From Deinococcus sp. (lineage in GTDB: Bacteria; Deinococcota; Deinococci; Deinococcales; Deinococcaceae): DNA of 64,000 bases. Below the pieces are notes generated by a model, which saw only the letters and a list, made by a program, of their open reading frames with translations, was not told the origin of the DNA and searched no databases. Position 1 is the stretch's first letter. Every line of letters begins with the position of its first letter. Shown in pieces: positions 38,517 to 49,574 of the stretch. The DNA lies in the NCBI GenBank assembly GCA_965261005.1, contig OZ253376.1, positions 64,001 through 128,000 on the forward strand. Direction: 5' to 3'. The translations under genes were made by a program, and so were the position numbers.

Positions 38517-39773
38517 TCACAGGTCGGCCTCGGCGCGCTCGATCAGCGGCATCACGGTAAGGCCCTGCACGATAATCGAGAACACCACCACCACATAAGT
38601 TAGCACCAGAATGACGTCACGCTCGGTCGAGGGCGGCACCGAGAGGGCCAGCGCCACGGCGATGCCGCCGCGCAACCCGCCCCAGGTGAGCAGCCAGCCG
38701 ACCGATCTGGGCAAGCGCGCCACGCGCCGCACCAACAGGCGGCTGAGGCTGACGCTCAGGTAGCGCGAGGCCAGCACCAAGACAATGCTCAGCACGCCCG
38801 CCAGCAGCAGCGCCCCCGACAGCGGCACAACCAGCAGCTGCAAGCCGATCAGGGCGAACAGGATGATGTTGAGCACCTGGTCGGTGGTTTCCCAAAAGGA
38901 GTCCATGTGCAGGCGGGTGTGCTCGGACATGCTGCGCTCGCGGCTGGTGCCGATGATCAGGCCCGCCACCACCATCGCCAGCGGCCCGGACAGGTGCAGC
39001 GCGCTCGCCAAGGCGTAACCGCTCAGCACGATGGAAATGGTGAGCAGCACCTCGACGCCGTGGCGGTCGATGTGGCGCAGCGCGAAAGAGCCAAGCGCGC
39101 CCAGGGCGGCGCCGAACAAGGCGCCGCCAAAGGCCTCCTGCACGAACAGCAACAGCGCGCCGCCAAGGCCGGACGCCTCCTCGGGGTGGGCGCCCGCCGC
39201 GCCGCCCAGCAAACCGACCAGCACGGTAAAGACGACCACGCCCACGCCGTCGTTGAACAGGGACTCGCCGGCCACCAGCGTTTCGAGCTGCTTGGACGCC
39301 CGCGCCCGCTTGAGCAGATCGAGCACCGCCACCGGATCGGTCGGCGAAATCAGCGCGCCGAACAAGAGGCAGTACACCAGCGGCAAGGACAACCCCAACA
39401 GCAGGCCCAAGCCGTACACCGCCGCGCCGACCAGGACGGTCGAGAGCAGGGTGCTGAACACCGCCAGCGTCAGCACGCTCCAGCGCTGACGCAGCAATTC
39501 GCGCGCGTCCACGCCCAGCGCCCCGGCGAACAGCAGAAAGCTCAAGAGGCCCTGCAATACCAGCGACGAAAAATCCAGCCGCGTCAGCAAGTCCTGTGCC
39601 CAAGCGCGCGCCCCCAAACCGAAACGGTCCACGACAATCAAGATGAGCGAGGCGATCAGCCCCGCGACCGTCACGCCCACGGTGGGTGGCAGGCGGATCA
39701 GGCGCTCGTTGAAGTAGGCCAGTGCGGCGACCACGGCCATCAAGAGGCCGAGGGCGCTCAGGGTGGTGATCAT
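38517..39773 (-). CDS. nhaP: Na+/H+ antiporter, NhaP family
   Basis: LLFAGAL, ISPTDPVAV, GESLFNDG, WGGLRGGIAVALAL. Confidence 0.92.
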   Translation of the reverse strand: MITTLSALGLLMAVVAALAYFNERLIRLPPTVGVTVAGLIASLILIVVDRFGLGARAWAQDLLTRLDFSSLVLQGLLSFLLFAGALGVDARELLRQRWSVLTLAVFSTLLSTVLVGAAVYGLGLLLGLSLPLVYCLLFGALISPTDPVAVLDLLKRARASKQLETLVAGESLFNDGVGVVVFTVLVGLLGGAAGAHPEEASGLGGALLLFVQEAFGGALFGAALGALGSFALRHIDRHGVEVLLTISIVLSGYALASALHLSGPLAMVVAGLIIGTSRERSMSEHTRLHMDSFWETTDQVLNIILFALIGLQLLVVPLSGALLLAGVLSIVLVLASRYLSVSLSRLLVRRVARLPRSVGWLLTWGGLRGGIAVALALSVPPSTERDVILVLTYVVVVFSIIVQGLTVMPLIERAEADL

Positions 39774-39834
39774 GAACGCCGCCGTGCGGTCAGGAGAGGG
39801 GACATGTCGCCCAGTTTAAGGGGACGTCAATTCA

Positions 39835-40309
39835 AGAGAACGCCGTCGAAAGTTGACGAAACGTCCCGCGAGGAACACGCCGCTTGGCATACGCCAGCGC
39901 GATTCGCCCTCCAGTACGGTCCTGGTGGCATACAACGCGTGGTCTGAGCGTCCAGGACACCGGCACTCGGTGCGGGATAGCGACGCGCCGGGTCTCGCAG
40001 ACCAGTCTGCGGTTGATGGCTTTCCAGCTGCCTTCACGCTCGAAGCGCTTGAAGTAGGCATAGACGGTTTGCCAGGCGGGAAAGTCGTGGGGCAGGTTGC
40101 GCCATATAATACCGCATACCGCCTTGCAGGACATACAACATGGCACACAGGACGTCGTACAGGTCAACGCTTCTGGGTCGCCCGCCCGGCTTGGCTGCGG
40201 GCAACAGGGGTCGAAACGGCTGAACTGGCGCTGGGTCAGGTCGCTTGGATATGCCTTGCGGTTCACACCTCAAGCGTGCTGCACGACCTGACCTTTATAA
40301 ACATTCTCT
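39835..40309 (-). mobile_element. degenerate, internally deleted IS5-family element
   Basis: [30 protein letters not shown] and GVLDAQT in shifting frames; imperfect ends AGAGAA...TTCTCT. Confidence 0.85.
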
Positions 40310-40341
40310 CAGCGCGGGAACGCTTGCATAATTGGGCAGTC

Positions 40342-41634
40342 ATGGCCGCTCCCACCCGCTCCACGGACCCCTACGCCGCCCTGCGGCTGCCCGAGGTGCG
40401 CGCCCTGATGGCGGCGGGCGCCTGCTCGACCTTGGCGAGCCGCGCGCTGGCCGTCGTGATCGGCTTTCAGGTATATCAGCTCACCAAGTCTCCCCTCGCG
40501 CTGGGCGAGTTGGGCTTGGTGGAGGCCATTCCAGCCGTCTCGCTGGCCTTGTTCGGCGGCCACGTCGCGGACCGCAACGACCGCCGCGCCATCGTGCTCG
40601 TCACCGGGGCGGTGTCGGTCGTCTCGGCGCTCGCCTTCGCGCTGCTCGCCCCGCACGCGGGGAAGTTGGGGGTGCTGCCGCTGTTCGGGGTGGTTTTCGT
40701 GGCGGGCGTCGCGCGCGGGTTTTCCGAGCCGGCCGCCGCCGCCTTCGAGGCCCAGGTGGTGCCCAGGCCCCTCTACGTCAACGCCTCGGCTTGGCTGTCG
40801 AGCGCCTCGCAGGGCTGCGCGGTGGCGGGGCCGGCCGTCGGCGGTTTCGCCTACGCGCTGCTGGGCGCCTCCGCCACCTACCTGCTGATCGCCGCCCTGT
40901 TCGCCCTCGCGTGGCTGGGCATTTTCCGCGTCGCGCCCAAGCCCAGGCCCGTGGCGGTGGCCGGCGAATCGGTGTGGCGCTCCATCGCGCTGGGGGTGCG
41001 CTTCGTCTTCGGGAACCAGGTTCTGGTCGGCTCGATGGCGCTCGATCTGTTCGCGGTGCTGTTCGGCGGGGCCATCGCGCTGCTGCCGGTATTCGCCGGC
41101 GACATCCTGAAGGTGGGGCCGCGCGGCCTGGGCCTGTTGGTCGCGGCGCCCTCGGCGGGCGCCTTGCTGGTGATGCTGCTCGCCACCCGGCGCCCGCCGG
41201 CGGCGCGCGCCGGGCGCGACCTGCTGCTGGCGGTGGGCGGTTTCGGGGTGTGCATGCTCATCTTCGGGCTGTCGCGCAGCTTCGCCTTGTCGCTGCTGGC
41301 CCTGGCGGCCAGCGGCGGCTTCGACGGCCTCAGCATGGTCATCCGCCGCTCGATTCTGAGGCTGCACTCCCCCGAGGCCATGCGCGGGCGAATCGCGGCG
41401 GTCAGTTCGATCTTCATCGGCTCGTCCAACGAGATCGGCGCCTTCGAGAGCGGCGTCACGGCGACTTTGCTGGGCACGGCCCGCTCGGTGTGGCTCGGCG
41501 GCATTCTCACGCTGCTGGTCGTGACGGCCACGGCCCTCTTCGCCCCCAAGCTGCGCGATTTGAGCTTGCCAGTCGGCGAGGCCGACCCGGAAGGCGGGCA
41601 AGTCCTGGAGGTGAGGTCAGCTTCGGACGTCTGA
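40342..41634 (+). CDS. MFS transporter (EntS/DHA3-like)
   Basis: [45 protein letters not shown]. Confidence 0.9.
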   Translation: MAAPTRSTDPYAALRLPEVRALMAAGACSTLASRALAVVIGFQVYQLTKSPLALGELGLVEAIPAVSLALFGGHVADRNDRRAIVLVTGAVSVVSALAFALLAPHAGKLGVLPLFGVVFVAGVARGFSEPAAAAFEAQVVPRPLYVNASAWLSSASQGCAVAGPAVGGFAYALLGASATYLLIAALFALAWLGIFRVAPKPRPVAVAGESVWRSIALGVRFVFGNQVLVGSMALDLFAVLFGGAIALLPVFAGDILKVGPRGLGLLVAAPSAGALLVMLLATRRPPAARAGRDLLLAVGGFGVCMLIFGLSRSFALSLLALAASGGFDGLSMVIRRSILRLHSPEAMRGRIAAVSSIFIGSSNEIGAFESGVTATLLGTARSVWLGGILTLLVVTATALFAPKLRDLSLPVGEADPEGGQVLEVRSASDV

Positions 41635-41745
41635 GCTGCCTGCCTCAATGTCCGCGCAAGGCGAGTCGGCACACGGGCGGCGCCCCTTCACCCCAGACTT
41701 TTGTTACCCTCGCGGAACACGTCGGGGCACGCCAAGGAGAAGGCC

Positions 41746-42915
41746 ATGAAGATGATCCAGATTGCCGCCCTCGCCCTCACGCTGTCGTTGGCCGGCGTCG
41801 CCACAGCCCAAGCGCCCGCCGTCCAAGCGCCCACCCCACCCCTTCCGGCCGGCGAGCAGAGCGCCGTCAAGGCGATTGACCGCGCCCTCGCCGGCGTGCT
41901 CTACATCGACGTGACCACGCCGTCCAGCTCGGAAAGCGCGGCGGCCAACCCGCTGTTTCAGGACCCGCAGGGCGGAGGGGACGAGGCCAGCGGCAGCGGC
42001 TTTTTCGTAGATTCGCGCGGCTACGCCCTGACCAACTACCACGTGGTGGACGGGGTCAGCAAGATCACCGTGAACTTGCGCGGCAGCAAGCAGGACTTCA
42101 GCGCCCGGGTGGTGGGCACCGCGCCCGACTACGACCTGGCCCTGATTCAGGTGCAAGGCGTGCCGGCGAACCTGATCCGGCCGCTCAGCCTGGGGGACAG
42201 CGACGCCCTCAAGGTCGGGCAGGCGACCATCGCCCTCGGGTCGCCCTTCGACCTCAAGTTCTCGGCCACGACCGGCATCGTCTCGGCGCTGGAGCGCAGC
42301 ATTCCCACCGGCGTACGCGGCATCTCGCAAAACGCCATTCAAACGGACGCCGCCATCAATCCCGGCAACAGCGGCGGTCCCCTGCTGAACAGCGCGGGGC
42401 AGGTGATCGGCATCAACACCCAGATCCTTTCGCCGGCGGGGGCGGCGACCGGCGTGGGGCAAAGCGCGGGGGTGGGCTTCGCGGTGCCGATCAACGTCGC
42501 CAAAAGCTTGCTGCCGCGCTTGCTGGCCGGCCAGACCGTGACCGGGCCGATTATCGGCGTGGCGCTCGCCCCCTTCGAGCTGAGCGCCCTCACCGACCAA
42601 GCGCGCTCGCAGTACAAGCTCCCCAAGGCCGGCGCGCTGGTCGTGAGCGTGGACCCCAGCGGCCCAGCGGCGGGGGCGGGCGTGAAGGGCGGCGCTAAGC
42701 AGGTGAACTCACCCTTCGGCCCCGTGGCCCTGGGCGGCGACGTGATCACCGCCGTGGACGGTCAGGCGGTAGACACCGCCGGCGATCTGCGGGGCAACCT
42801 GTTCGGCCGCCGGGCGGGCGACCGCATCGTCCTGACCGTTTCGCGCTCGGGCCAGGTCCTCAAGCTGCCCGTCACGCTCGCGGCCGGCTCACCGCCGGCG
42901 CCGGGCGGGCGCTGA
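41746..42915 (+). CDS. HtrA/DegP-family serine protease with PDZ domain
   Basis: Signal peptide; LTNYHVV, YDLAL, QTDAAINPGNSGGPL, GDVITAVDG. Confidence 0.93.
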   Translation: MKMIQIAALALTLSLAGVATAQAPAVQAPTPPLPAGEQSAVKAIDRALAGVLYIDVTTPSSSESAAANPLFQDPQGGGDEASGSGFFVDSRGYALTNYHVVDGVSKITVNLRGSKQDFSARVVGTAPDYDLALIQVQGVPANLIRPLSLGDSDALKVGQATIALGSPFDLKFSATTGIVSALERSIPTGVRGISQNAIQTDAAINPGNSGGPLLNSAGQVIGINTQILSPAGAATGVGQSAGVGFAVPINVAKSLLPRLLAGQTVTGPIIGVALAPFELSALTDQARSQYKLPKAGALVVSVDPSGPAAGAGVKGGAKQVNSPFGPVALGGDVITAVDGQAVDTAGDLRGNLFGRRAGDRIVLTVSRSGQVLKLPVTLAAGSPPAPGGR

Positions 42916-43725
42916 CGGGGCGGAGGCGAGCACCTCGCGCAGGGCCTGAGTGAACGGGCCGGGGTCGAACAGAAACGCCAGGTGATGCCCCGGCACGATC
43001 ACCAGGGGGCAGTCCAGGCCCTCCGCCACCTTGCGCGCCGCGCGCACGTAGTAGGCGTCGTCGCTCTTCTTCCCCACCAGCACGACCGCCGGAACCCCCG
43101 CCGCCCGAATCGCGCCTAAGTCCGGCTCAAACAGCGTGATGCCCAGGTACTCCTGGGAAAAGAAGAAGCCGATGTCCCCCGATTGGCCGAGTCCGCCCGC
43201 CTGACCTTGGGCCAACTGACCTTGGGCCAAGTTGAGGCCGGCGATGCGCCCCGCGAAGAGCCGCATCGCCGCCGGGGCGCCCCCCGTTTGGGCCGTTTGA
43301 TAGACCTGTTCGACGAACGCCTGGGTTTCGGCGTCTTCTTGGAGTAAGCGAACGGCGGGCGGTTCGTGAGCCACCAGCAGCGTGACGCGCTCCGGGTGAT
43401 CCGCCGCCAGTTGCAGGGCGATGTTCGCGCCGCCGCTGTTGCCGAAGATCAGCGCCCGCTCGTGGCCGGCAGCCCGCAGCACGGCCACGGCGTCACGGGC
43501 CTGCTGCGCCATGTCGAGCGGGACGTCGCGGTCACCGGAACTGCGCGCGTTGCCGCGCCGGTCATAGGTGATCACCGTGTACCCATCCGACAGCATGGGG
43601 GCCAGCGGTCCGTAGACCCCGGCGTCGCCGCCCGCGCCCGGAATGAGCATCAGCGGTTCGCCGCCGCCCTGAACGTCGAAGACCAGCTGCGCGCCCTCGG
43701 TTTGCACGGAGTCGGTACATTTCAC
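42889..43725 (-). CDS. alpha/beta hydrolase
   Basis: YDRRGNARS, GNSGG nucleophile elbow, HEPP; AGGAGG RBS before GTG. Confidence 0.88.
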   Translation of the reverse strand: MKCTDSVQTEGAQLVFDVQGGGEPLMLIPGAGGDAGVYGPLAPMLSDGYTVITYDRRGNARSSGDRDVPLDMAQQARDAVAVLRAAGHERALIFGNSGGANIALQLAADHPERVTLLVAHEPPAVRLLQEDAETQAFVEQVYQTAQTGGAPAAMRLFAGRIAGLNLAQGQLAQGQAGGLGQSGDIGFFFSQEYLGITLFEPDLGAIRAAGVPAVVLVGKKSDDAYYVRAARKVAEGLDCPLVIVPGHHLAFLFDPGPFTQALREVLASAPSAPARRRR

Positions 43726-43855
43726 GCTTGTTCCTCCTGAAGTGCTTGTTCCTCTGAAGTGAAGGGGGGCTGTATGGGATTTCGCCAGACCCGTAGCTCT
43801 TCCCCACCCGCTCCGCCCGGATGATCCAAAGATCATCTTAGAATCGTAGATAGGC

Positions 43856-44509
43856 TCAGGGCGCCGGCTCAAACGACGGCGGGATCCGAACCTCCGCCCC
43901 CGTCTTCGCCCGGAGTTCTTTCAAGGTGACACCGGGGGCGAGTTCCACGACCTTCAGCCCCCCCGGCGTCACGTCCAGCACGCCGAGGTCGGTGATGATG
44001 CGGTCCACCACCCCCTTGCCGGTCAGCGGCAGGGTGCATTCGGGCAGGATCTTGTGGGCGTCCCCCTTCGCGGTGTGCTCCATCAGCACCACCACCCGCT
44101 GCACCCCCACCACCAAGTCCATCGCCCCGCCCATGCCCTTGACCAGCTTGCCCGGGATCATCCAGTTCGCCAGGTCCCCCCGCTCGCTGACCTGCATCGC
44201 CCCCAGAATGGCGAGGTTCACGTGCCCGCCCCGGATCATGGCGAAGGACTCAGCGCTGGAGAAAAAGCTTGCCCCGGGCAGCGCCGTCACCGTCTGTTTG
44301 CCCGCGTTGATGAGATCGGGATCGACCTCATCCTCGGTGGGAAAGGGGCCGATGCCCAACAAGCCGTTTTCCGATTGTAACCACACGCCCACGCCGTCAG
44401 GGATGTGGTTGGCGACCAGGGTGGGCAAGCCGATGCCCAAGTTCACGTAATAGCCGTCCCGCAATTCCTGCGCGGCGCGGCGGGCCATCTCGTCTCTCGT
44501 CCAGGGCAT
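43856..44509 (-). CDS. scoB: 3-oxoacid CoA-transferase subunit B
   Basis: [26 protein letters not shown]. Confidence 0.93.
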   Translation of the reverse strand: MPWTRDEMARRAAQELRDGYYVNLGIGLPTLVANHIPDGVGVWLQSENGLLGIGPFPTEDEVDPDLINAGKQTVTALPGASFFSSAESFAMIRGGHVNLAILGAMQVSERGDLANWMIPGKLVKGMGGAMDLVVGVQRVVVLMEHTAKGDAHKILPECTLPLTGKGVVDRIITDLGVLDVTPGGLKVVELAPGVTLKELRAKTGAEVRIPPSFEPAP

Positions 44510-44510
44510 G

Positions 44511-45302
44511 TCAGACCTCCTCTCCTTTCATCCCCGGCTTTTCCGCGCTCCTGGTGGTGCGCTGCTCGATGCGTTTCTCGGGGGCGGCGTTCAGGACCAC
44601 CCGCTGCACGAAGATGCCGGGCGTGTCGATCTGGTCGGGGTCCAGTTGGCCGGTCTCCACGATCTCCTCCACCTCGGCGACGGTGACCCGCCCACAGGTG
44701 GCGACCAGCGGGTTGAAGTTTTGGGCCGTCTTGCGGTAGATCAGGTTCCCCGCTTTGTCCGCTTTCCACGCCTTGACCAAACCCAGGTCGGCGCGAATGC
44801 CGCGCTCCAGAATGTACGTCTCGCCGTCAAAGTCCTTGTGTTCCTTTCCCTCGGCGACCAAGGTGCCCACGCCCGTCTTGGTGTAGAAGCCCGGAATACC
44901 GGCGCCCCCCGCCCGCATCCGCTCGGCGAGGGTGCCTTGCGGCGTGAATTCGAGTTCCAATTCCCCGCCGAGGTACTGGCGCTCGAACTCCTTGTTCTCG
45001 CCGACGTAGGAGCTGATCATCTTGCGAATTTGGCGGCTTTGGAGCAGCAGGCCCAGCCCCCAGCCGTCCACGCCCGCATTGTTGCTCACGGCCGTCAAAC
45101 CTTTGACGCCGCTGTCACGTAGGGCGAGGATGAGTTGCTCGGGAATACCGCACAACCCGAAGCCTCCCACCGCCACCATCTGGCCGTCTCGCACCACATC
45201 GTGTAACGCCTCGGCGGCACTCTGGTACAGCTTGTTCGAGTTGCCCCTGGGGGTTGCGGCATGTTGTGGCGGGGTTGCTGTGTCGGTCATCGCATCAGTC
45301 AT
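44511..45302 (-). CDS. scoA: 3-oxoacid CoA-transferase subunit A
   Basis: [29 protein letters not shown]. Confidence 0.93.
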   Translation of the reverse strand: MTDAMTDTATPPQHAATPRGNSNKLYQSAAEALHDVVRDGQMVAVGGFGLCGIPEQLILALRDSGVKGLTAVSNNAGVDGWGLGLLLQSRQIRKMISSYVGENKEFERQYLGGELELEFTPQGTLAERMRAGGAGIPGFYTKTGVGTLVAEGKEHKDFDGETYILERGIRADLGLVKAWKADKAGNLIYRKTAQNFNPLVATCGRVTVAEVEEIVETGQLDPDQIDTPGIFVQRVVLNAAPEKRIEQRTTRSAEKPGMKGEEV

Positions 45303-45370
45303 TCTGACGTTCCTCCTGAAGGGTCTTGCCGTCCTGTTGTCCGGGCGGACGCCCCGGTGTTGCCCCGCCG

Positions 45371-46054
45371 TTATGTCCCGGCCCCGCCGGACGGCTCCAA
45401 CACGTTCATCACGTGCGCGACGGTCTGTTGCAGGTGGTGCCGAACGGCGCCCGCCGCCCGCGCCCCATCGTTCGCTTGGCAGGCCGCCAGAATCTCGCGG
45501 TGTTCCCGGTCGAGCCGTGGCGCGTCCCTGGGCACGTCGCTGGCGGCATAGAGGTGAACGTAGGCGTTCGAGGCGTTGCGCAAATCCTCGATCATGGTGA
45601 GCAGGCGCGGACGCCCGGCCAAACGGTAGAGGTGTAAGTGAAACGCTTGGTTGCGCCCGACGTAGGCGGCGGCGTCCGTGAGCGTCTCCATTTCGTTCAG
45701 CAGGGCCAGCAAGGGCGGCGCGTCCCCCGGCCGAAACAGCTCGGCCGCCTTCTCGGCGGCCAGCGCCTCCAGGGCCATGCGAATCTCGTAGTGCTGCACG
45801 AGGTCCTGCACGGTCGGCAAAAAGACCATCACGCCCTTGTGGGGTTCAATTCGCAACAGGCCCTCGGCTTGGAGCAGCCCGAACGCCTCACGCACCGGCG
45901 TGGTGCTGACCCCGAAGCGCTCCGCGATTTCGACCTGCCGCAGCCGCGTTCCGGCCGGGAGTCGCCCCGCCGCGATCTCACGCCGCAACGAGGCCGCGAC
46001 CTGCTCGGCCACCGTGAGCTTGGTGAGAAGGCTGCCCGTTCTGCTGCTCGTCAT
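45371..46054 (-). CDS. GntR/FadR-family regulator (FCD domain)
   Basis: [26 protein letters not shown]; start could be 46072. Confidence 0.92.
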   Translation of the reverse strand: MTSSRTGSLLTKLTVAEQVAASLRREIAAGRLPAGTRLRQVEIAERFGVSTTPVREAFGLLQAEGLLRIEPHKGVMVFLPTVQDLVQHYEIRMALEALAAEKAAELFRPGDAPPLLALLNEMETLTDAAAYVGRNQAFHLHLYRLAGRPRLLTMIEDLRNASNAYVHLYAASDVPRDAPRLDREHREILAACQANDGARAAGAVRHHLQQTVAHVMNVLEPSGGAGT

Positions 46055-46087
46055 GGCGATGTCCTGACCCATCCTACCCGCTTCCCC

Positions 46088-46120
46088 TTGACAGCGTCAC
46101 GATGCATTATGCACAATGCA
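46088..46120 (+). promoter_or_regulatory. sigma70-like promoter overlapped by a palindromic operator
   Basis: TTGACA 46088-46093, CACAAT 46112-46117; TGCATT-N6-AATGCA 46103-46120. Confidence 0.6.
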
Positions 46121-46250
46121 CAAAACAAGCACAATCAGACCTCGATGGGCGGGCGGGGCCAACCGTTTTCCGCTTCCCAAACGCCAGAGTTCACTGGGAA
46201 CTTCAGTCAGGTGACAAGGTGCCCCGGCCGGAAAGAAGGGAGCGTTCCAC

Positions 46251-47210
46251 ATGATGCTGGTGAGTTATCGCAAACGCGGTTCGGAGGGCGCCTGGCGCGC
46301 CGGGGTGGCCCAGGATGACGGGGTCGTGGACGTGACATCTCTACAAAACACGGCCCTACACAACACGGCGGGAACGGACGGCACTTCCGTCCGCGCTTTG
46401 CTGGAGCAGGGTCCGGCCGCCCTGGAAGAGGTGCTGGCCGGGGCGGGGCGCCGGTTTCAGGGTGACAGCTTCCAGGCTGGCGGCGAGGTCATGGCGCTCG
46501 GCACGCTCGAACTCGGCCCGCCCGTGCCCGACCCCGACAAGATCATCTGCCTGGGCGTGAACTACCGGGAGCACGCGGCCGAGGCGCAGCAGACGTTGCC
46601 GGTGGTCCCCATGTTCTTCGCCAAGTTCCGCAACAGTTTGACCGGGCCGGCCAGTCCGGTGCTGCTGCCGCGCGTGAGCGATCAGATCGACTACGAGGGC
46701 GAACTGTGCGCCGTCATCGGCGGGCGCTGCAAGGAGGTGTCCGAGGTGGAGGCCCTGGATTATGTGGCGGGCTACACCATTATGAACGACATCAGCGCCC
46801 GCGACGTGCAGCTTCAGACCAGCCAGTGGATGGCGGGCAAGGCCCTGGACACCTTCGCGCCGATGGGGCCGGGAATCGTGCCCGCCAAGCTCATTCCCGA
46901 TCCCCAGGCCCTGACGCTCACCACCCGCGTCAACGGACAGGTGGTGCAGCGCGACAGCACCGGCAACATGATCTTTTCGGTGGCGCGGGCGATCGCCTTT
47001 CTCAGCACCCTGATGACCTTGGAGCCGGGCGACATCATCGCCACCGGCACGCCCTCCGGCGTCGGCTTCAAGCGCAGTCCGCAGATTCTGCTCAGGGACG
47101 GCGACGTGACGGAGGTCGAGATCGAGGGCATCGGGACGATTCGCAATCCCGTGGTGGATCCCCGCAAGGGCGCGGAAGCGAACCGGCCCGCCGCCGAAAC
47201 GGCGCGCTAA
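46251..47210 (+). CDS. fumarylacetoacetate hydrolase family protein
   Basis: KIICLGVNYREH, DYEGEL, NDISARD, DIIATGTPSGVG. Confidence 0.92.
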   Translation: MMLVSYRKRGSEGAWRAGVAQDDGVVDVTSLQNTALHNTAGTDGTSVRALLEQGPAALEEVLAGAGRRFQGDSFQAGGEVMALGTLELGPPVPDPDKIICLGVNYREHAAEAQQTLPVVPMFFAKFRNSLTGPASPVLLPRVSDQIDYEGELCAVIGGRCKEVSEVEALDYVAGYTIMNDISARDVQLQTSQWMAGKALDTFAPMGPGIVPAKLIPDPQALTLTTRVNGQVVQRDSTGNMIFSVARAIAFLSTLMTLEPGDIIATGTPSGVGFKRSPQILLRDGDVTEVEIEGIGTIRNPVVDPRKGAEANRPAAETAR

Positions 47211-47258
47211 GCGGAACTCCAGGCCCCTTTCCCCCGGCTACAGCCTTCAGGAGAACCC

Positions 47259-47858
47259 ATGTCACAGCCCGCAGAAAACATTCCCGTTCACCGGCCCGCC
47301 TTTCACCACATCAACCTCAAAACGTTGCGCCTTCAGGAGATGATCGATTGGTACGGCCTGGTGATCGGCGCGAAGCCCAACCACCAGTATCCCGGCGGGG
47401 CCTGGCTGACCAACGACGAGGCCAACCACCGCATCGCGCTGCTGACCTCGCCCAAGCTGAAGGAAGACCCCGACAAGCTCTACCACACCGGGATTCACCA
47501 CACCGCCTTCGAGTACCACGGCATGGGCGAGTTGCTCGACACCTACACGCGGCTGAAGGGACAGGGCGTTTTGCCGCACGCCTGCCTCGACCACGGCATG
47601 ACCACCTCGTTCTACTACGAGGACCCCGACGGCAACAGCGTCGAGTTGCAGTCCGACAACTTCGGAAATTGGGAGGAGTCCGCCGAGTTCATGCGCTCCT
47701 CGACCCAGTTCGCCGCCGATCCCATTGGGACGCCGGTTGACCCGGCTCAATTGGTGGCGGCCCGCGAGGCGGGGGCCAGCTACGCCGAGATTCACGAGCG
47801 GGCCTACGCGAGCGAGTTCAAGCCGAACGGGCCGCACGATTTGCACGTGCCGTTCTGA
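47259..47858 (+). CDS. VOC/glyoxalase-fold protein (extradiol dioxygenase-related)
   Basis: FHHINL, HHTAF, DHGMTTSFYYEDPDGNSVELQ. Confidence 0.85.
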   Translation: MSQPAENIPVHRPAFHHINLKTLRLQEMIDWYGLVIGAKPNHQYPGGAWLTNDEANHRIALLTSPKLKEDPDKLYHTGIHHTAFEYHGMGELLDTYTRLKGQGVLPHACLDHGMTTSFYYEDPDGNSVELQSDNFGNWEESAEFMRSSTQFAADPIGTPVDPAQLVAAREAGASYAEIHERAYASEFKPNGPHDLHVPF

Positions 47859-47887
47859 ACGAAGCCACCACCAAAAGGCGGGCGACG

Positions 47888-49516
47888 ATGCGAGGCGAAC
47901 CTTCTGAGGCTGACATGACGCGGGCCTTGCCCAAAGGCGCGCGGGTGCTGATCGTCGGCGGTGGCCCGGTGGGCCTGAGCGCCGCCGTGGAACTCGGCCA
48001 ACGCGGCGTTCGCTGCGTGGTGATTGAACCGAGGCGGGACGTCTCGCACGCCCGGCCCCGCGCCAAGACCACCAACGTCCGCAGCATGGAGCATTTCCGC
48101 CGCTGGGGCTTGGCGGGGCGCATTCGCGAGGTGGCCCCGCTGAAGGTGGGCTGGTCGCAGGACGTGGTCTTCTGCACGACGCTGCTGGGTCCCGAGGTGA
48201 CGCGCTTTGCTGGCAGTTTCGGCCTCTGGACAGGGCGGCGCGACATTTCGCCGGAGTCCGGGCAGCAGATCGCCCAGCCTTTGATCGAAGAAGTGCTGCG
48301 GGAAGCGGTCGCCGGGTTGGAGACGGTGGAGTTGGCCCTCGGTTGGACGCTGCAAAGTTTGGAGCAGGACGAAAGCGGCGTGCGGGCCACCCTGGTCAAC
48401 GAAGCGGGCGAACGGCGGCAGCGTGAGGCGGCCTACGTGATCGGCTGCGACGGGGCCAGAAGCGTGGTTCGCGGGGCGATGGGCGCACGCTACGAGGGAA
48501 CGTCGGATGCCCGTTCCAACCTCGGCGTCGTCTTCCGGGCGCCCGGACTGGCGGAGCGGCAGCCGCACGGCCCCGCCGTTCAGTACTGGGTGCTGAATCC
48601 AGCTGCTCCCGGGTTGCTGGGCCGCATGGACCTCGGCGACCGCTGGTGGGCCATCGCCAACGGCGCGCCCGCCGACGCCGACCCGCACGCCCTGATTAGC
48701 GGCCTCATCGGAACCGAGGTGGACGCCGAGATTCTGGGCACCGACCCCTGGACGGCCCGCATGTTGCTGGCCGACAAGTACCGTGAGGGGCGCCTGTTCC
48801 TGGCGGGCGACGCGGCGCACCTGAACCCGCCGTGGGGCGGCCACGGCTTCAACACCGGCATCGGCGACGCCGTGAACCTCGGCTGGAAGCTGGCGGCGGT
48901 CTTGCAGGGCTGGGGGGGCGAGGCGCTGCTGGACAGCTACGAGGCCGAGCGGCGGCCCGTCGGCGAACGGATCATCCAGGAAGCGACCAAAAACATGAGC
49001 GTGCTGGCCCCCGAACTCGGCAACCCGCAGATGACGGCCCCCGGTGAGGTAAGCGCAGAGGCCCGCCGCGCCGCCGCCGGGACCATCCAGATTGCCAAGG
49101 ACGGCGAGTTCCACAGCCTGGGCCTGGTGCTGGGCTATCGGTATGGGGCGTCGCCGGTGGTGGTGGACGACGGTTCGCCCCTGGCACCGGAAACGCAGGA
49201 CTACCTGCCCACGGCCCGGCCGGGCGCGCGGCTGCCGCACGCGTGGCTGCCGGACGGGGATTCGCTGTACGACCGGCTCGGCCCCGGCCTGACGTTGCTG
49301 CGGCTGCAAGATGGGGCCGACGTCTCTTCCTTTTTAAGCGCTGCGGCGGAGCGCGGCGTGCCGCTCAAGCTGGTCGAGCTGAGCGGTCAGGTTCCCGGGG
49401 ACGTCTACGGCGCCCCGCTGCTGCTGGCGCGCCCGGATCAGCACGTCGCTTGGCGCGGGACGGCGCCGGACCGCGCGGCGGCGGGGGCCATTCTCGATCA
49501 GGTGCGCGGCGCTTGA
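47888..49516 (+). CDS. FAD-dependent aromatic monooxygenase
   Basis: VGGGPVGL, GCDGARS, AGDAAH...GFNTGIGDAVNLGWKL, RPDQHVAWRG. Confidence 0.9.
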   Translation: MRGEPSEADMTRALPKGARVLIVGGGPVGLSAAVELGQRGVRCVVIEPRRDVSHARPRAKTTNVRSMEHFRRWGLAGRIREVAPLKVGWSQDVVFCTTLLGPEVTRFAGSFGLWTGRRDISPESGQQIAQPLIEEVLREAVAGLETVELALGWTLQSLEQDESGVRATLVNEAGERRQREAAYVIGCDGARSVVRGAMGARYEGTSDARSNLGVVFRAPGLAERQPHGPAVQYWVLNPAAPGLLGRMDLGDRWWAIANGAPADADPHALISGLIGTEVDAEILGTDPWTARMLLADKYREGRLFLAGDAAHLNPPWGGHGFNTGIGDAVNLGWKLAAVLQGWGGEALLDSYEAERRPVGERIIQEATKNMSVLAPELGNPQMTAPGEVSAEARRAAAGTIQIAKDGEFHSLGLVLGYRYGASPVVVDDGSPLAPETQDYLPTARPGARLPHAWLPDGDSLYDRLGPGLTLLRLQDGADVSSFLSAAAERGVPLKLVELSGQVPGDVYGAPLLLARPDQHVAWRGTAPDRAAAGAILDQVRGA

Positions 49517-49574
49517 ACACCGGCATGCCGCTTCTCGCTTTTTCTTACATCACAAACAGCCCCGGGAGGCCCTT

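Noticed and set aside
43201..43230. Exact 15-bp tandem duplication (LAQGQ twice) in the hydrolase
   Set aside because: In-frame two-copy slippage, probably in a loop; no sign of a system.
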